The notes beneath the pieces were generated by a model that did no database searches, was not told the DNA's origin, and saw nothing but the letters and a program-made list of their open reading frames with translations. DNA of 64,000 nucleotides from Patellaria atrata CBS 101060 (taxonomy: Eukaryota): positions 186,001 to 250,000 of the forward strand of contig MU006103.1 in NCBI GenBank assembly GCA_010093705.1. The letters are read 5' to 3'. Positions 61,501-64,000 of the stretch are shown in pieces. The number at the start of each line of letters is the position of its first letter. Positions within the stretch are counted from its first letter, which is position 1. Made by a program: the position numbers and the translations under genes.

Positions 61501-61959
61501 CGGGAAGCTGATCACGCATTCTCACGCTTTGATCAAGGTCCGCTTGATGACGTTCCTGCATTCGTTCCAGACGATAGTGACAGCTCAAGACCCCCAACTC
61601 CTCATCAAAAATACGATGTTTCTGCTCCTACTGAGCCTGAGACTCCTGGGCCTGTCCACCATCTTCGGGTTGAACAACACCCAGCGGATGATGTCTCCGA
61701 GGTATCCGTTGACTTAAGCCGTCAAATATCACCCCAAGACCGATGGGCACAGATTCGTAAGAATGCTGCTGAACGAGCTGCAAGAGTTAGCGAGGAACAA
61801 TCTCGCAGAAGCCAGAGTCAAAGCGCGAGGACGGATGATGGTGAAACTAGTGGTGAGGAGACTATCGAGTCTCGTGTTGCTCGCATCAAAGCACGCGTAG
61901 CAGAGCTTACCGGCAACATGGATCCTCAAGGGAATATTCCACCCTCAGCGAGACGATGA
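58529..61959 (+). CDS. MSB1: Msb1/Mug8 (DUF1708) morphogenesis-related protein
   Basis: ELIHVCTQELKSR, LDTPLLLLPFRP, KWCWSRLPGGVVTWEAYELF, NGLGGRKLSRMAGWWAF, DDTFWWVWMTSLASEEP; long low-complexity C-terminus; 4 introns. Confidence 0.85.
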
Positions 61960-63415
61960 AGTGTTAACTTAGTGTAAGAACAATCTTCTATATTGAAATC
62001 ATTATCTAACGACATTTCCAGGACGGAAGAATCATCCCAAATCCTTTCATTGTATTTCCTTCGGGTGCAGCTCCTTGAAGGTCGAAACCTAGAAACCTGG
62101 AGAGCTTCATCATTTCCCCCCTTAAATAAACAAATACCCAACTTCTTGTTTGCAGCGTTCTAGCATATTTCACTTTCCCCAAATGTCGTAATAATTCATG
62201 TCCATTGTCTCTTCAAAGTGGCACTCGCTACACATAAATTCTCTTTGATTACCACCGTCTTCCCCGATTTTAAGATACTAGGTTTCCGGATATCAAATTG
62301 TTCCTATCCATTTGGGGTTTGGCTTTTCTCACGGGTATATAAGGGTTCGACGAGGTGATGGCCAGGGTGGCCTGAGCTTCAGTCGTTAATTTTGTGTTAC
62401 ACGATAAGTAGGTAATGACAGCAAATACAAAGTGCAGCTGGCGAGAAATTCGTTGATTTCAGGGTTATGTTCGTTTATCTAGTGATGTCCGTTCAAATAT
62501 CACACGCCCCCTTAACCTGGTCACTTATCTCCTAAGAAGTAAACAATAATTTCTTCCCACACACACTTCCGTGAACCCTCATTTTAGCATGGCACACATC
62601 AAGCCGCACGCAATATTCATTTTATCTACATAAACCACGACTCTTACTCATCAGTCTCACATACATTCCCCCACTAATCCCCAGCTAATTCTCAATGGTC
62701 CTACCACTGTAAGCGTATATGAACTCGTATACCTATTTAGAGAAAGGGACGGTGATATTCAGCAACATCTCATAATAAGTCCTTACTGGAAACTTTGAAG
62801 AATCGGCGGGTAAGGGGCCGTGATGAGGAAAGCTGGGCGGAGGTCATGGGGTTTTGAGGTCTGTATGGATAGAGCTTGGAGGGGAGAAGTTGGGGTGAAG
62901 GGCTAGAGGTTGGAGGGGGTGAAGGCAGAGAGGTCTGGAAGGAGCGTCGCTGGGAGTCAAAGTTAGAGTGATGAGGAAGGGGAAGGGGAAGGGTGGAGAT
63001 AGGGGTGAGGGCTCTAGTGAAGGATTCGTGGGTTCGAGAGGGGGGGAAAGTTCATTGGGTCTGCGCGTTCGTATATGCGGATTCCATGAGAAAGGTTTAA
63101 AGCGACCACGTACCGTAGTTTGATTTCGATTAGATTCTCTCTTCACATCTTAAAACCTCATGGTCTAATATTGCACTCGCCGTGTTTGATTTGTATTTAC
63201 TTAGCGCGTACTGTGAAGTTATAAACAGTTAATCAATGATATGAGCCCTCAAGCTCCAATGTCATATAACAATTTTACAGCCATCTCAACCCAGTCATCA
63301 ACGTAGAAGGAACCCAATATTTTGCAAAATAAAGGAAAGAAACACTCCACAGGTAATTGTCCATCTCAGATACTTACGACGCCCAGCATCCTCAACTCAC
63401 CCCTCCTCACCCTCC

Positions 63416-63555
63416 TCACGAAACCCCCAACGCCTTCTTAGCCCTAACCCAGTACCCATCCCTCAGCGCCCTATCCGCACCGGCCCCAACGCACACGTAA
63501 TCCCTCAGATACGCATCCCACCCCTCCATACTCCCCTCCTGCAACCCGGTTCTGA

Positions 63556-63596
<41 letters not shown>

Positions 63597-64000
63597 GACA
63601 CTTCCTCCTTACAAACCACATCGCACTAGCAAAGCTCTCATCGTCGCCCAATACCAACTCCAACACCTTCGCGGGCCCCACCGCCCTCGCGGCATCCACT
63701 TTCGCGGCGTGCAGCTCCGTCGCGTACTCGAGGTTGGACGCCGCCGATTGCATGTTCCGCGTGCCCTGCCCCGGTATTCCGGGGAACTGGTTGGTGTTGA
63801 AGGCGAAGTCGCCGCTTTCGAACGCCATCAGCGCGATGTAGGCGGCTTGTTCGGCTGGGAAAGTGATAGCGTAGGTGGCAAAGCCGTGGATGAGGGGAAG
63901 CACGGCTTGGGCTGCGGTGCGGCATTCGGCTGGGATTTGGGCGGTGGTGCAGGAGGCGAAGGATGGGGCGATGGAGAGGAGGGCCGCGATTTGGGCGCGG
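63416..64000 (-). CDS. Cys-containing hypothetical protein with GH19/lysozyme-like motifs, 3' part; frame disrupted by a poly-C run
   Basis: ...IAPSFASC...ECRTAAQA...EQAAYIALMAFESGDF...GQGTRNMQ...LVLGDDESFASAMWFVRRKCP [poly-G on the coding strand] IRTGLQEGSMEGWDAYL...YWVRAKKALGVS*. Confidence 0.75.

Noticed and set aside
62340..62385. tRNA-like fragments (GGGTTCGA; GCCAGGGTGGCCTGAGC)
   Set aside because: Wrong order and no cloverleaf.

Overview
Eukaryotic DNA from a filamentous ascomycete, judged from short GT-AG introns with CTRAC/CTAAC branch sites and fungal-type genes; the species cannot be determined. All calls come from manual translation and motif recognition, and no searches were run. 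The left part (1-20 kb) is conserved housekeeping genes: ATG14 (partial), a small hypothetical, TRR1, TRM82, RSA1/NUFIP1-like, a subtilisin and TPA1 (both cut by a 985-bp N gap), ARS2/SERRATE and TspO. The middle (about 20.8-49.7 kb) looks accessory. It holds an M28 glutamate carboxypeptidase, a dioxygenase-P450 oxylipin fusion divergent from a DUF2235 lipase-like gene, a decayed tRNA-Asp-like element and a secreted beta-propeller. It also holds a membrane-anchored ankyrin protein, two LTR-like remnants, an orphan ORF, a hydrolase-NACHT-ankyrin NLR and a miniature EF1-alpha-like G-domain gene. The right part has the RlmA MADS-box factor, an intron-rich DUF3140 gene missed by the ORF track, an Msb1-like gene and a partial GH19-like gene. 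The best leads are a GTG-initiated mitochondrial-type extension of TRR1, the NLR with its neighbouring mini-EF1A gene (possible decoy), the divergent lipase/oxylipin pair and the GH19-like protein.
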